The notes under the pieces: model-generated | Told to the model about the DNA's origin: nothing | Database searches by the model: none | The model's input: only the letters and a program-made list of their open reading frames with translations | From: an uncultured Anaerococcus sp. | GTDB taxonomy: Bacteria > Bacillota > Clostridia > Tissierellales > Peptoniphilaceae | Direction: 5' to 3' | Length of the DNA: 64,000 nucleotides | NCBI RefSeq assembly: GCF_947253225.1 | Contig: NZ_CAMXYR010000001.1 | Span: forward strand, 23,944-87,943 | Shown here: positions 18,199-30,000 of the stretch, in pieces | How the letters are laid out: each line of letters opens with the position of its first letter | Numbering within the stretch: the stretch's first letter is position 1 | Program-made: the position numbers and the translations under genes

Positions 18199-19512
18199 TT
18201 GACTAATAGAAAAAAAGACATACTCATAAGTGGTCTTGCCCTTTTTGCTATATTTTTTGGGGCAGGCAACTTAATATTTCCACCCTACTTGGGAGTAATA
18301 ACTGGTTCAGGCTGGCTTATCACCATGATTGGTTTCCTTCTTGCAGATCCTGTTATCCCAATTTTGACAGTAATAGTTACAGCCTTTGCTGGAGGCCACG
18401 CTGTTGATATAGGCAAAAGAGTGGGCGATAGATTTTCAAAAATCCTAACCCTAGCTGCCATCATCTGCATAGGACCTGCCTTTGCTATTCCACGAACTGC
18501 AGCAACGACCTACGAAGTTGGCTTCAAGGCCTTTTTCCCTAACCTTCCTATCTGGGTCGTAACTCTGGTATTTTTCACCATCACCTTCGCCCTATCCTTC
18601 AAGGAAACGAGCGTTGTAACCATAATCGGCAAATACATAACTCCTGCCCTCCTCCTCTTCCTTCTAATAGTGATAGTAAAAGCTATCCTTAGCCCTATCG
18701 GCAGTCCAGTTGATGTGCCAGTCAAAGAAGGCTACTTTGTTAAAGGCTTCTATGAAGGCTACCAAACTCTCGATGCCTTTGCCTCCCCTCTTTTTACAGG
18801 AATAGTCGTAGCCGATCTCATAAGAAAGGGCTATGGTAAGGTTAATAGGAAAGAAAAACTATCTTTTATAATAGCAGTCGGCCTTGTAGCCTCAACTTTC
18901 CTAAGCCTAGTCTATGGAGGACTTACCTATCTTGGAGCAAGTGCCAGCGGCCTATACTCCTCAAGTGATTCTCGTGTCGAAATCTTGGTAAGCCTTGTCT
19001 ACACCCTCCTCGGTAAATTCGGTAGATTTGCCCTAAGCGTATCGGTAACCCTCGCTTGCCTAACCACAGCAATTGGTCTTACCTCATCAGCAGGAAACTT
19101 CATCGAAGAAATCACCAAGGGTAAAATCAAATACCTTTACACAGTTGTTGGAGTTACAATAATAAGCTTCCTACTCTCATCCTTGGGAGTAGATGCCATA
19201 ATAAATCTTGCCGTTCCAGTCCTAAACATTGGCTACCCAATAATAATCTCTCTCGTTTTCTACATGATTTTCGAGAAAAAAATCCCCTACAACATGGCCT
19301 ACATCCTAATGGTAAGTGGAGTAATGCTTACAGCTTTCATAGAAACTTTTGGCGAAAAAATCGGTCTTTCCAATCTTACTAACCTTATCAAGACCCTTCC
19401 CCTAGCAAAATTTGGCTTCACCTGGTTTCTTCCTTCCCTGGTCTTCTTTATCCTAGGTATAATCCTCGGCAAACTCGGCCTTGGCAAGAAAATTTCAATA
19501 GAAAATAGGTAA
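18199..19512 (+). CDS. brnQ: Branched-chain amino acid transport system II carrier
   Basis: LFAIFFGAGNLIFPP, IGPAFAIPRTA, EGYQTLD and LACLTTAIGL; TTG start with AAGGAG RBS. Confidence 0.95.
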   Translation: MTNRKKDILISGLALFAIFFGAGNLIFPPYLGVITGSGWLITMIGFLLADPVIPILTVIVTAFAGGHAVDIGKRVGDRFSKILTLAAIICIGPAFAIPRTAATTYEVGFKAFFPNLPIWVVTLVFFTITFALSFKETSVVTIIGKYITPALLLFLLIVIVKAILSPIGSPVDVPVKEGYFVKGFYEGYQTLDAFASPLFTGIVVADLIRKGYGKVNRKEKLSFIIAVGLVASTFLSLVYGGLTYLGASASGLYSSSDSRVEILVSLVYTLLGKFGRFALSVSVTLACLTTAIGLTSSAGNFIEEITKGKIKYLYTVVGVTIISFLLSSLGVDAIINLAVPVLNIGYPIIISLVFYMIFEKKIPYNMAYILMVSGVMLTAFIETFGEKIGLSNLTNLIKTLPLAKFGFTWFLPSLVFFILGIILGKLGLGKKISIENR

Positions 19513-19518
19513 AAAAAT

Positions 19519-19543
19519 AAACGCAAAATCTTGCGTTTTTTTT
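19519..19543 (+). terminator. Intrinsic terminator after brnQ (likely bidirectional)
   Basis: AAACGCAA-AATC-TTGCGTTT followed by a T run. Confidence 0.8.
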
Positions 19544-19635
19544 ATTGCATAAATACAAACTTGCTAATATCAAACATCTTAAATATAAGAATCTCCTTAG
19601 TAAAACCCATCTTCTTTAGCTTAGGTCTTTGTTGC

Positions 19636-20433
19636 CTATTCGCCAACAAAATTACTAACCTTCCTTTTATACCTATCCCTTATTTTATCCTTATATTTTG
19701 TCAGAAAAATAAGGATTATAAAATAAACATATATCGAAAATACAAGCCTAAAGCCACCCCTTAAAAAAAGAGTAGAATAGCCACCCTTATTTATTTTTAA
19801 ATAAGCATCCACCTTGACCCATAGCCTTTCGCCAATAATGTTTGTAAAGGCCGTACTTATTATCGCAAGCATGGCTTTAAACTTATCCCCTATAAACTTA
19901 TTATCATTAAAATAATTTATCCCGAGGTATTTTTTGACATCCTCCTTGTCCAAACTACTCGTTGTATAGGTAACAATAGCTAGAATAATGTTGTAACTTT
20001 CATTCCCATCCAACATTCCATACAGAATTGAACCTATAATAATAAGAAGAATAAGCCTATTAAAATACAAGGTTATCAAAGACCACGAAAAGATAAAACC
20101 TGCAAAAGAAAATGTTATAATATAGCCCAGCAGTCCATATGAGTATTTCATATACACGATAGGTCCTGAAGATACCAAAGAAAAAATCAAAAAATCCCAC
20201 AACTTCCACTTATCTAAAATTTTTTTATCATCCCTCAGGATAACATAAATAAAAGAAAAAGGAAGTAGAATACTCATCACAACTAGCATACAGACTGAAG
20301 GACTTGCCTCAGCAAAATTTATTGCCCCCAACATTTTGTAAGCCACTAGCCCTGTACTTGCCAGCATAGCTAACTCACATAGCCTGAAAATACAAATAAT
20401 CACATACTTAAAAAAGTTAAAAATTTTTTTCAT
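19636..20433 (-). CDS. Hypothetical multi-pass membrane protein
   Basis: GGAGG RBS; about 7-8 hydrophobic segments; no recognised motif. Confidence 0.7.
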   Translation of the reverse strand: MKKIFNFFKYVIICIFRLCELAMLASTGLVAYKMLGAINFAEASPSVCMLVVMSILLPFSFIYVILRDDKKILDKWKLWDFLIFSLVSSGPIVYMKYSYGLLGYIITFSFAGFIFSWSLITLYFNRLILLIIIGSILYGMLDGNESYNIILAIVTYTTSSLDKEDVKKYLGINYFNDNKFIGDKFKAMLAIISTAFTNIIGERLWVKVDAYLKINKGGYSTLFLRGGFRLVFSIYVYFIILIFLTKYKDKIRDRYKRKVSNFVGE

Positions 20434-20522
20434 TGAACCTCCCTACACCTACAAAATTTCTTCTAAAAAATATTAGTGGGCTATTAAGCTTATCCTAGTT
20501 CACTCCAAGTTTACTTCCACCC

Positions 20523-21263
20523 TTATTCTCTTGCCATATTCTTAGGATGGGAATCTTCCTTACTATTCTCTTCTATAGCTAGGTCCGTCCTAAGCCTATA
20601 TAAATAGCCAATATAGAGGTCAAAACAATTTGCCTTGCTATACAAATACAAGTCTTTGGCTTTGTTTTTCTGGAAGTCTTCCAGCAAGCTATTAAAGAGA
20701 ATGGAAATAAAAAATAAGACTATTATCATAAACCCATAAACTATTAAATCACCCTTGGTCTTTATGGTAATAATAGCACCCAAGATGAGGGTAGAGAGAG
20801 ATTTGAAGGTGGGGAGGGACTGGATAAGGGTATCAATCCAGTCGTTCTTAACGGCGCCTGAAATATCTTTGTAGTAGAGAGCCTCGTCTATAAGACTTGA
20901 TATAATATCTGCCTTGTACCAGTTTTTCTTATCGAGCAAGCCCTTTAAATGTTTGTAAAAGTCATTTTCTTGCTCCATCTTAAATTGGTCTTTGAAATTA
21001 TTATATATTAATAATAAAACAAGAAAGAGGAAAAATAAAGACAAGATAGCAAATAATATGGAATTAAACATGTAGGATACAACTAGTATGACAAAGTCAA
21101 TGACATAGATAGCAATTAACTTTTTAGAAGTGGATACATATTTCCCTTTCTTCTCATCCATATATTTATAAAATTCATTAAACAGTTCTATTGCCTTACT
21201 TACTTCAGCACTTTTATTATCTTTATTATTATCTTTATTGTTTTCTTTATTATTTTCATTCAT
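20523..21263 (-). CDS. Hypothetical membrane protein (2+2 TM)
   Basis: GGAGG RBS; N-terminal NNK[ED] repeat; two TM hairpins separated by a soluble region. Confidence 0.7.
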   Translation of the reverse strand: MNENNKENNKDNNKDNKSAEVSKAIELFNEFYKYMDEKKGKYVSTSKKLIAIYVIDFVILVVSYMFNSILFAILSLFFLFLVLLLIYNNFKDQFKMEQENDFYKHLKGLLDKKNWYKADIISSLIDEALYYKDISGAVKNDWIDTLIQSLPTFKSLSTLILGAIITIKTKGDLIVYGFMIIVLFFISILFNSLLEDFQKNKAKDLYLYSKANCFDLYIGYLYRLRTDLAIEENSKEDSHPKNMARE

Positions 21264-21317
21264 AAGTCCTCCCGAATTATTTATCTAAGCACTTAGTTAA
21301 AGTTTCTTAGTCCAAAG

Positions 21318-21339
21318 AAAAGGGGCATATGCCCCTTTT
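21318..21339 (-). terminator. Terminator after the backbone pilin gene
   Basis: Perfect palindrome AAAAGGGGCATATGCCCCTTTT. Confidence 0.85.
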
Positions 21340-21376
21340 TGGTTTTGTGTCTTAGTTGACACTTATTTGTTAGAAA

Positions 21377-23644
21377 TTAAGCTTCTTGGTATTGGCTTTT
21401 TCTGTAAGCTGAGTAAGCGAATGCCATGATTGCAACACCAGCTACGATAAAGATTAGAGATCCGATACCACCTGTTTGTGGGATGGTTACAGTTCTGTTG
21501 ACAACTTGTTTAGCGTTGTTAGCTTTATCATCTTTTTTGTACTTAATATTTGTATCTGTGTCTGTGCCTTTGGCTACTGTAAATTTTTCGTCATTTCTCT
21601 TAGCATAGCCCTTTGGAGCGTCAATTTCCTCTAGTTTGTAGTCACCATACTCAAGACCATTGATTTCGAATTGACCTTTTTCGTTTGATACTAAGATAAC
21701 TACTCCAGCATCTTTTGAACTGTCTTTCCATTCATATCTTATGCCAGCTGTTTTGAATGCCTTGTTGTAAGTATCCTGAGCTTCATTAACTGCTTTTACT
21801 AATTTAGCCTTTTCTGTATCGTCTTTTCTTTCGTTATATTTTTTAACAGCATCATCTAGGGCAGTTTTAGCTGTGGCAAGTTTTTCTTGTTCTGCTTGAA
21901 CAGTATCTACAGATTTTGCAGCAAGGTATTTCCCATCATTATTTTTAACAACGAACTTAGCTCCTGCTAGTCTGTCTGCATCTTGAACTTCGGCAGGTTT
22001 CTTTTCTGTTGTCTTAACGAATTTCTTTCCACCTACAACTACTTGAGGAACAGTTGGTGTTAGTGGTGGTGGGTTGGTATTGTCTTTCTTGTTTGTGATT
22101 GTTACTTGGCCTGCTTCTGTTGTTGTATATTCAGGGTTGTATCCTGCCACACGTTCTTCGATTGTCCAACCTGTTGCATCTTCTCCTAGACCAGAGAATT
22201 CACCGGCAAATAGTCCTGTTACGGTAAATTTAATGCCATCTCCTAAGTCAATTGGGTCGTTGCTTGCTTTATTGGCAACAGTAAGAGCAACTGAGTAAGC
22301 TTTATCACCTTTTCTTAGTGTATAAACTAATTTGAGGTCTTTTGCATTTGTTTCAGATGGATCTTCTGCATCTGCTAAGTCTTTAATTTTCTTTGTTACT
22401 TTAACTTTACCATCTTTTGGTGTTACATCTTTTGGAGTGTGTTTGCTACCTGGTTTGTGGCCATATTCTAATGTAACGTTGTTCTTTTCTGGTTGATCAA
22501 CAACAGCTGTACCATTAACTGTTGCAGAGTATTGAATAGTGATTGTTACATCTTTTCTTTGTACGCTGTCTGTTTCAGTTACTAGAGTAACGTCGTTGAT
22601 TTTCTTTAGACCAGCAGGTGTTAGTTGAAGTCTGAAACCATTGTCATCTTGTACTAATTCATAGTCAGTTGTGTTATCGAAAGTTATATTATTATCAGCT
22701 GTGATTTTAAGGTCTTTATTGAAGGTTAGACCATTGGTCATGATATCGTTCCAGGTTAGGTTTTCGTAAGATGTTCCTTTTTCTATCTTAGTTTTAACTT
22801 CGTAAGGAATCTTCTTACCAACTTCAGCCTTTGCTGTTGCTTTTTTCTTATCCCAGTTATCTACATTAGCTCCAACGCCGATGCCTGCATTTTGGTCAGC
22901 TTCGTCAAATCCTGCAGCCTTTTCTAATTCTTTTTCATTATTAGTTGTATCAGCTTTTTTAAAGTTCTTGTCGATTTTTGGTTTATCTTCTGTGTTCTTT
23001 GGATAAACATGTGCGTCTATTACAGTACCTAATTTGTTTGCCAATGGAAGGGTGATTTCTACTGGAACTGCTTTTTGGTCAACAATTGTTTTTCCGTCGT
23101 TTTTGTAAGTAGATTTTTCTTTAACTTCGTCGATTACAAAAGCTCCCTTTAGTTTTGATGTATCAAACTTAATACCTGCGCTATTCTTTGTAAGACCACC
23201 GAAGGCTTCATCAATATTTGTTGTGAAAACTAAGTCGTCTCCATTAAATTCAGGAGTCATTACATCATTAACGACTTTACCCTTAATATATTGGGCTACT
23301 TTCTTTTCTCCTACTGTGGTTGTTTCTTTACCCTTAACTTTCCATGCAAAGAATATATCATTTGCTTCGTGAGCAGTATGGCCAGTAGTTAGAAACTTCT
23401 TGAGTGCATCAAGATTTTGTGAACCATCGTATCCTTTTTCTTCGATAGCCTTTGAGTCCCAAGCTTTTAATTCATCCTTAGTCATCATAAGCTTATGAAG
23501 AGTAACTGTTTTTGTAACAGCTTTTGGATCTTTACTAATGTTAGTATTAACATCTTCAGCCGCTTTTGCACTTGTGAATGGTGCTACTAGGATGCCTAGT
23601 ACCATTGCTAGTGCAGTGAAAATTGAAAATAATTTGTTTTTCAT
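21377..23644 (-). CDS. Sortase-assembled pilus backbone (major) pilin, RrgB/BP-2a-like
   Basis: Signal peptide (AKA-A), VTLHK, pilin motif YPKN (22994-23005), E-box YKLEEIDAPKGY, IPQTG (21470-21484) plus TM and basic tail. Confidence 0.92.
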   Translation of the reverse strand: MKNKLFSIFTALAMVLGILVAPFTSAKAAEDVNTNISKDPKAVTKTVTLHKLMMTKDELKAWDSKAIEEKGYDGSQNLDALKKFLTTGHTAHEANDIFFAWKVKGKETTTVGEKKVAQYIKGKVVNDVMTPEFNGDDLVFTTNIDEAFGGLTKNSAGIKFDTSKLKGAFVIDEVKEKSTYKNDGKTIVDQKAVPVEITLPLANKLGTVIDAHVYPKNTEDKPKIDKNFKKADTTNNEKELEKAAGFDEADQNAGIGVGANVDNWDKKKATAKAEVGKKIPYEVKTKIEKGTSYENLTWNDIMTNGLTFNKDLKITADNNITFDNTTDYELVQDDNGFRLQLTPAGLKKINDVTLVTETDSVQRKDVTITIQYSATVNGTAVVDQPEKNNVTLEYGHKPGSKHTPKDVTPKDGKVKVTKKIKDLADAEDPSETNAKDLKLVYTLRKGDKAYSVALTVANKASNDPIDLGDGIKFTVTGLFAGEFSGLGEDATGWTIEERVAGYNPEYTTTEAGQVTITNKKDNTNPPPLTPTVPQVVVGGKKFVKTTEKKPAEVQDADRLAGAKFVVKNNDGKYLAAKSVDTVQAEQEKLATAKTALDDAVKKYNERKDDTEKAKLVKAVNEAQDTYNKAFKTAGIRYEWKDSSKDAGVVILVSNEKGQFEINGLEYGDYKLEEIDAPKGYAKRNDEKFTVAKGTDTDTNIKYKKDDKANNAKQVVNRTVTIPQTGGIGSLIFIVAGVAIMAFAYSAYRKSQYQEA

Positions 23645-23683
23645 ATCCTCTCTCCTTTTTTAAAATTTTCAATTTGTCGATAT

Positions 23684-23879
23684 AACCTATGTATAGGCTC
23701 CCCTCTCGGCCAACTATCAACGGGATTGGTCGAGTGAATGAATGTTTCATTCCTTTTATATAATCCCCACTTGAAGTGGGGCTTACATACATCTTCCTTG
23801 ACCCTTGGGTTAAGGTTTCTTGCAGGTGGGGCTTGGGTATTGCCTTTTTTACCTGCCTTCTAGTACAGTTTGCATACTA
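23684..23879 (-). ncRNA. Candidate structured 5' leader RNA of the pilin gene (7 predicted hairpins)
   Basis: Consecutive stems at 23861-23879, 23822-23856, 23796-23815, 23757-23789, 23736-23752, 23705-23734 and 23684-23699; more GC-rich than its flanks. Confidence 0.55.
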
Positions 23880-23886
23880 TATAATT

Positions 23887-23895
23887 ATTATATCA
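23887..23895 (-). promoter_or_regulatory. Extended -10 promoter for the pilin gene
   Basis: TGATATAAT on the minus strand, about 7 nt upstream of the first hairpin. Confidence 0.6.
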
Positions 23896-24058
23896 GATTT
23901 TTATAATTTGTGTATAGTTTTTTTGAATATTTTTATGTTTATTTATTTCCTACTAGATACTAATAAAAATCTTTTATATTTTTAAGTGGTTGTTAGCTCG
24001 TGTTGAAGCTTGTCATAAGTTATTCCTTGGACCTTTCTTCTTAGCTCTTACTTAGAGG

Positions 24059-27000
24059 TCAGCCTTCTTTTTTTTGCCTTTTCTTTAGGGCGAGGTAGCT
24101 TGCGGCGAGGGTCATGGTTATGGTTCCTAGTAGGCTATAGCCGAACCATGGGCCTTCTCCTCCTGTGTATGGGTAGACCGCCTTTTTGTTTTTGATTTTT
24201 ATGCGGTTTGTGGCAGAGTTTTTGTCTTCTCCAACCAGGAGGTCTCTTTTTTCTAGCTTATCGCTTTCTTTGTCAACCTCATATATTTTACCCTTGTCGA
24301 CCTTAAACTTGTAGACTGTCCTGTCTTTTAGGACGTAGCCCAAAGGTGCTTGGGTTTCGTAAATTCTATATTCGCCATCAGGTATTGAGCTAAATTCAAA
24401 GCTGCCGTCTTTCTTTGAGCTTGAAGTCCACCTTTTGCTGGTTGTATCTGTTGGTCCTATCGGAGTTCCGTCAGTTTTGATTGGTAGGTAGGCACTTCCT
24501 ACTTTGATTTGTAGTTCAAATTCTGCCCCTGCCAGACCTATATTTTCGTTATCTTGGTCAACTTTCTTTAGGTAGAGGTCAGGGCGTTTGATATTAGCAA
24601 GGTCGATTGTTAGGAGGTTGATATCTCGTACTAGATAGTAGTTTTGGTAGTCTTTCATGGCTACTGGGTCTTTGGATATGGTTAGCTTTTCTATTTGCGT
24701 ATATTTATCTAGGCTTGTTTTGATATCCTTTGTTCCGAATTCAATATGACCTGTACTTTGGTTTATTTCTCCAACATCATAGGTTAGCTTGGCTCCTATT
24801 TTTGTATCATCCTTGTAAGGCATATCAATAATGAATTGATATGTTCTTTCTTCGTCAGCTGATAGCTGGCTTGGTTGGGTGGTTTCGCTTCCGCTTGAGC
24901 CTAATGGTAGGGGCTCTTTCTTGTTACGGTAAGGAGGAGTGATGCGGAGGGTTAAGGTGGCTTCTTTTGTTTCGACAGTGTAGGTTGACTCATCTTTGGC
25001 TAGGAGGGTGGCGTTTGCTCCAAGCTGTACCAGCCTTACCTTGGTGGTGGCTTGGGTTAAGGTCGCTCCCCTTCCCTCTACGAGCAATCTCGCTTTTTCT
25101 AGTTGGCTTTCTTTGGCTTTGATTGTTATTTTTTGCCTAAAGGTCTTGGCTTTTGTGTCAATTCCAATGATTTCTGCCTTGAGGTTTTCTTTATCAGAGT
25201 CATTTGAATAAGCACTTACGCTTACTTTCTTCATTTCATCTTCCGAGTCGTCGAAGGAGTTTAGCCATTTGATTTTGCCATCTTTTTTCACTTCTAGCTG
25301 CCATATTTTGTCGGACTTAGTGTAGGTGGCTGGTGCCTTTTCCTCTTTTAGCTCGTATTTACCTTCTGGCAAGCTATCCGATTCAGCTATTCCCTCTGCG
25401 TTTGTCTTTAGGGTTTTGGTTGGGAAGTTCTTTTGTGGGTCGGTCGGATCTTTTTGTCCGCTTGTTGGGGTTAGGGTGAACTCTGCCCCTTCTAGGGTCA
25501 AGCCATCTTGGTCGGTTTTTTTAATCTTGATTTTTGCTTTTCTGTGGTTTTCGATGATTTGCTTGGCATCTTTGATGTTTATTATGTTTCCATCTTTGTC
25601 TACATCAAAGCTTGATACAGGATTTGTTGGCAAGTCGTACTTGGTCTCATCTGGTGATTTTATTTCATAAAGATCGTAGTGACCCTTTGTAAGTCCTTTC
25701 CAAGAGAAAATTCCGTCGCCGTCGGATGTTCTTGTGGATCCTTCAAGGTCAGCTCCATCTTTTTGAAGTTTGAAAACGGCTCCTTTTAGTGGAAGTCCAA
25801 GACCCAAATCTTTGAGTTTTTGAGGATTGTCTTGGGTTTGGTCGACTACATTTGATAGGACTCCACCATCAACTTTGGCAAATTCAATTTTGTTCTTGTA
25901 GTTTACTAGCTTAATTTCCTTTCTGGCATCTCCAAGCCCTTCTGGATTAAAGAATTGAGACCATGTTTCAAAACTACCAGTATGAGCGTAAGAGTAAGCA
26001 CCATCTTCATAAACATAGTGGTTAGCGTAGTAGGAAGTTGTCTTTAGCGAGCTTAAATTTTCCCCTTTTAGCTTACCTTTGATTTCTATTACATAGGTTG
26101 AATCATTTGCATATCTGTCGTTTAGGTAGGCAGTTGGGATGGTGATTTGTCTGGTGATTTTCTCGCTACTGTTGTTTTTGGAAACATACCTGTAATACCT
26201 ATATTTACCATAATTATAGTCATACTTATAGTAGTCATAAGGACTGTAGGCATTTACTTCTTCAATCTCTGTCCAAGTTTTGGTTGGATACCACTTGTAT
26301 TTGTCTCCTCCCTTATCTACTAGTTTCAAATCACTACGAACTGTACCACTCTTTCCGTCTTCATATATATCATAGGAGTCTGGGAGGTCGCCTTCTTGCC
26401 AGCCATTAAATAATTTTGTTGGATGGCTTCCTGGGCCTTGTTTTTTGTAGGTTCTAACAGAGAGGCTATCGTCAACTACTATGTCTTGGTCGGTAGTGAA
26501 GGTTATATTTTTGTTCGATAGGGTTTTGTTCCAAGGGTTGTAGTAGATTATGGCTGTAAAGGTCTTGCCGTCAGGGTCAAGCCTTAGCATATAGGAAGAT
26601 ATGTCTACTTGTGGGTTTTGGTAACCAGTGTAGCCTACTTTCTCATTTTCTCCCCTGTAGTCAATTTTGATTTTGTCAGAATAATGATATTGCCTACTGT
26701 CTGGGTCCGTGTTGATTCCTATATCTGCTGTTACTTCTATGTCTTGGGTGTGGTCTACCTTTCTTCTGTCTGGGAAAAGTTGGACTAGCATTGACATAGT
26801 GTCTGGCTTGTAGTCTTTGACATAGTTAGTAAAGGTGTAGGTTATTGATTTTCTATCTGTGTTAATCTTTGCTTCGGCAAGCTTTCCAGCAGGGCCGATT
26901 ATGTCAAAACGTGAGTCAGGGTTTTTGCCTTCATCTTCATTGGTTTTGAATATTCCATCAAGGTCAACATTGTCTGAGAAGTTGATTGTGAAATAGTCTC

Positions 27001-30000
27001 CAGCTTTGATTGTGATTTTCGGATCTATCTTGAAGTTGAATTTAGCAAGCATGCCTTCTGCCTTGTTTGGATAGACAACATTTGTTCTTTTTGAATCTTC
27101 TGTTGATGTAAGCTCTTCCTTTTTTCCATCAAAGGTGATTGCACTCGAAATATCATCTTTCTTGGCTGGTGTAGGTCCCCAATCTCCTCCGCCTAAGGCT
27201 ATCAGTTTCTTTTTGGAATCTAGGATATAGCCATCCTTGGTTTTGCTCTCCTTCAACCAATAGTAGCCATAAGCTAGGTCTTTGAAAACTATTTTTCCTT
27301 CAGAATTTGTCGTGTATTGGTCATTTCCGACTTGGGTTTCTTCTGAGTCCGTATTGTGGAGGGTGTATTTGACATTGGCTAGAGGAGAGCCTTTTTCATC
27401 TAGCTTGGTCAAGGTAAATTCTCCCTTGCCTGGTTTTTTGTTTACGATTTTTCCTAGGGTGCTTATATTATTTTCATCTACTTCTTTTTCTACAATTTTG
27501 CCATCTTTGCCTTTGTCAAATATCCTTATCCTACCTTGGACAACTCTAAATCTCTTGATTGGTCCTTGAACTTGCATGTATCTTTTGCCTGGTTCATATT
27601 CTGGAGCCTTTGGTTCTATAATTCTATAGTAACCATCAGTTAGGTTCGTTATTTCGAATTGACCATCTTCATCAGAGGTGTAAGTTTTTCTACTATTTTC
27701 TGGACTTACTCCACTTGTTACTTTCTTTCCAGTTTCCTTGCTTATATAGTAGTAGGTAGTTTTTCCTTGAGGGCTTCGTTCAGGTTTAATCATTTCCATG
27801 TTTGAAGTCAATGGATAGTAACCTTGGTTGGTGGTTTGGATATCGTCTGGGTCTTGTTTTTCTAGGTAGAAGGCAATATTCTTTAGTGGGGTTTCATTTT
27901 TCCCATCTAGTCCCACTTTCTTAAATTTGATTTCAGTTTTGTTGTTTATGATTCTAAACTCAAATCCATCGCCGATATTGGCTCCCTTGCCTAGGTATTG
28001 ATTAGACTCTGTTATGTTTCCCCTAGCGTCTGTAAGCGGCTTTCCTTTTTCATCTAGGACTGCCTTTAGGATAGCTACGAATTTTTGGTCAGGCGGTATG
28101 AAAGCAAAGCTTAGTCTGTACTTGTACTTAGTTTTTGCAAATCCATCTGGTGCTTCCACTTCTTCTAGGAGGTAGTCCTTGCCTAGTTGGATAGTGTTGT
28201 TTAGGTCAATCCTATAGGACTTGGCGTCAGATAGGTCGATTATTTGTTCATAGACCGTATCATCGGTATTTGATGTATCGGCAGGATCCTTTGAGATTTT
28301 TATCCTAAGTTTGCCCTTGTTTATATAGGTGAACTTATTCTTATCCATAAAGCCCTTTGATAGGTAGAAGAAATATGGTTTGGACTTGTTGATTACATAG
28401 ATACTTCCATCTGTATCTGTATGAACTTCAGGTTTTGATGGGTTTCTATTTAGCAAGGTTTGGAAGTCTGCCGCACTTGTTAGAAGATTATTTTGGCTAT
28501 CTATTTCATAGAATTGTTTTTTTATAGCTCCATCTTTGTCTTCGTATACTTTTATTGCAATCTTCCTATCGCTATCTTCATAACCTTCTGGGGCTTGGGT
28601 TTCTATGAGGACATAGACGCCCTTGGATAGGTCTTTGATTTCAAAGCTACCATCCGAACTTTCTACTTGATATGGTGGAAATTCAGATTGACCTGATTTA
28701 GCTGAATCTATATCTTCTGGCTTATTTGAAGTCTTTAGCAAGATGAATTTGGTATCTTTTTTTATTAGATCAGATGTACTCCTAGAGCCAATCTTCTTCC
28801 ACTTTAGGTTTGTGGTGGTTTTGGTGTTAGTTATCTTATAAGAATACTTGTTATCTCCCTCAACCTTTTCGATATTTTGTTTTGTATCAAATTTATTGTT
28901 AGTGTAGGTTGGGTAGTAGTCCTTGCCATAGTTTTGGAAATATTCCTTTTCAATCTTAGGGTCGTGGTCTACCTTAAGTCCATCAGCTGTCTTTTTGACC
29001 TCAAATATCCATTTGAATTGCTTGTTATCACTTTGGTATCCTTCTGGGATTCCAACTTCTTCTAGCTGGTAGATTCCTTCGCCTAGGTTTTGGAAGTCCA
29101 CACTACCATCAGATTGAGAACGACGCAAGGCACTGTACTTACCTGTAGCTGATGTTATTGAGTCTGGCCTAACCTTTTTATCTTCTTCGCTTGGTTTTTG
29201 GCCGTCAACTGTTTCTAGGTTGCCGTCAGAATCATATTTATAGACTTTGCCATTATTGGTAAATGTGCTTACCCTTCCTGTTTCAGTAAATTCTGTTATC
29301 CTATTGCCATTTGTATATTTTTTGAGAACGGCATTTTTGTCTTCTCCATAGTATTCGTAGGTTTTGGCACCTTCTGCCATTGAATATCTTACTTTTTTGA
29401 GTCTAAAGTAGGCGTCTTTTAGCGGAAGTTTGTTGCCATTTTTGTCTTTTTCATCTTTGAGTTTTATGAAGGAGAAGTTCGTCTTGCTGTAGTTTCTGAT
29501 CTTAAGGTCTTGGAGGTTGCCATCTTCATCGTAGGCAGGCTCTCCATTAGCCTTTGTCTTAAAGCCTAGGGACTTATCAAAGTCTCCATTAGTTTTGTCA
29601 AATTCTATCCTTAGCTTATGAGTTTTCTCATCTTGAACTACCTTAAAGAACCATGGATCTGGCTTTTCAAACTTATCTATAGCCCTTATTTCTTGAAGCT
29701 TGTAGCGTCCAACTGCTAGGTACTTAAATTCAAAGTGGGAGTTGGCGTAAGAATAGATAGTCTTATCATAGCCACCCTCAAGCTTCTTGCCTTTTTCATC
29801 AACTTCAGTTAGTCTAAAGTCAGAAGAGCTAACAGGTACTTCTTTACCATTCTTTTTAGCTCCCTCAATCTTTTGGAATTTAAGGTCGATGTAGCTTTTC
29901 TCGTTATTGATGCTTACGAACTTGCCTAAAGCATTTCTAGTGAAGAAATCATTTGGCTCATCCATTTTTTGATACTTGCCTTCGCTATTTTTTTCGTAAC

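Noticed and set aside
21212..21260. Imperfect 12-bp tandem repeat as a phase-variation tract
   Set aside because: Unit length is a multiple of three and only encodes NNK[ED]; copy changes would not shift the frame
23800..23880. GCAAAC...GAA in the pilin leader as a c-di-GMP-I riboswitch
   Set aside because: The GNRA-capped P2 and the downstream CGCAAAGC/P3 consensus are absent
23556..23985. ORFs 23556-23792 (-) and 23776-23985 (+)
   Set aside because: No convincing RBS; the first overlaps the pilin start out of frame; better explained as leader and promoter DNA
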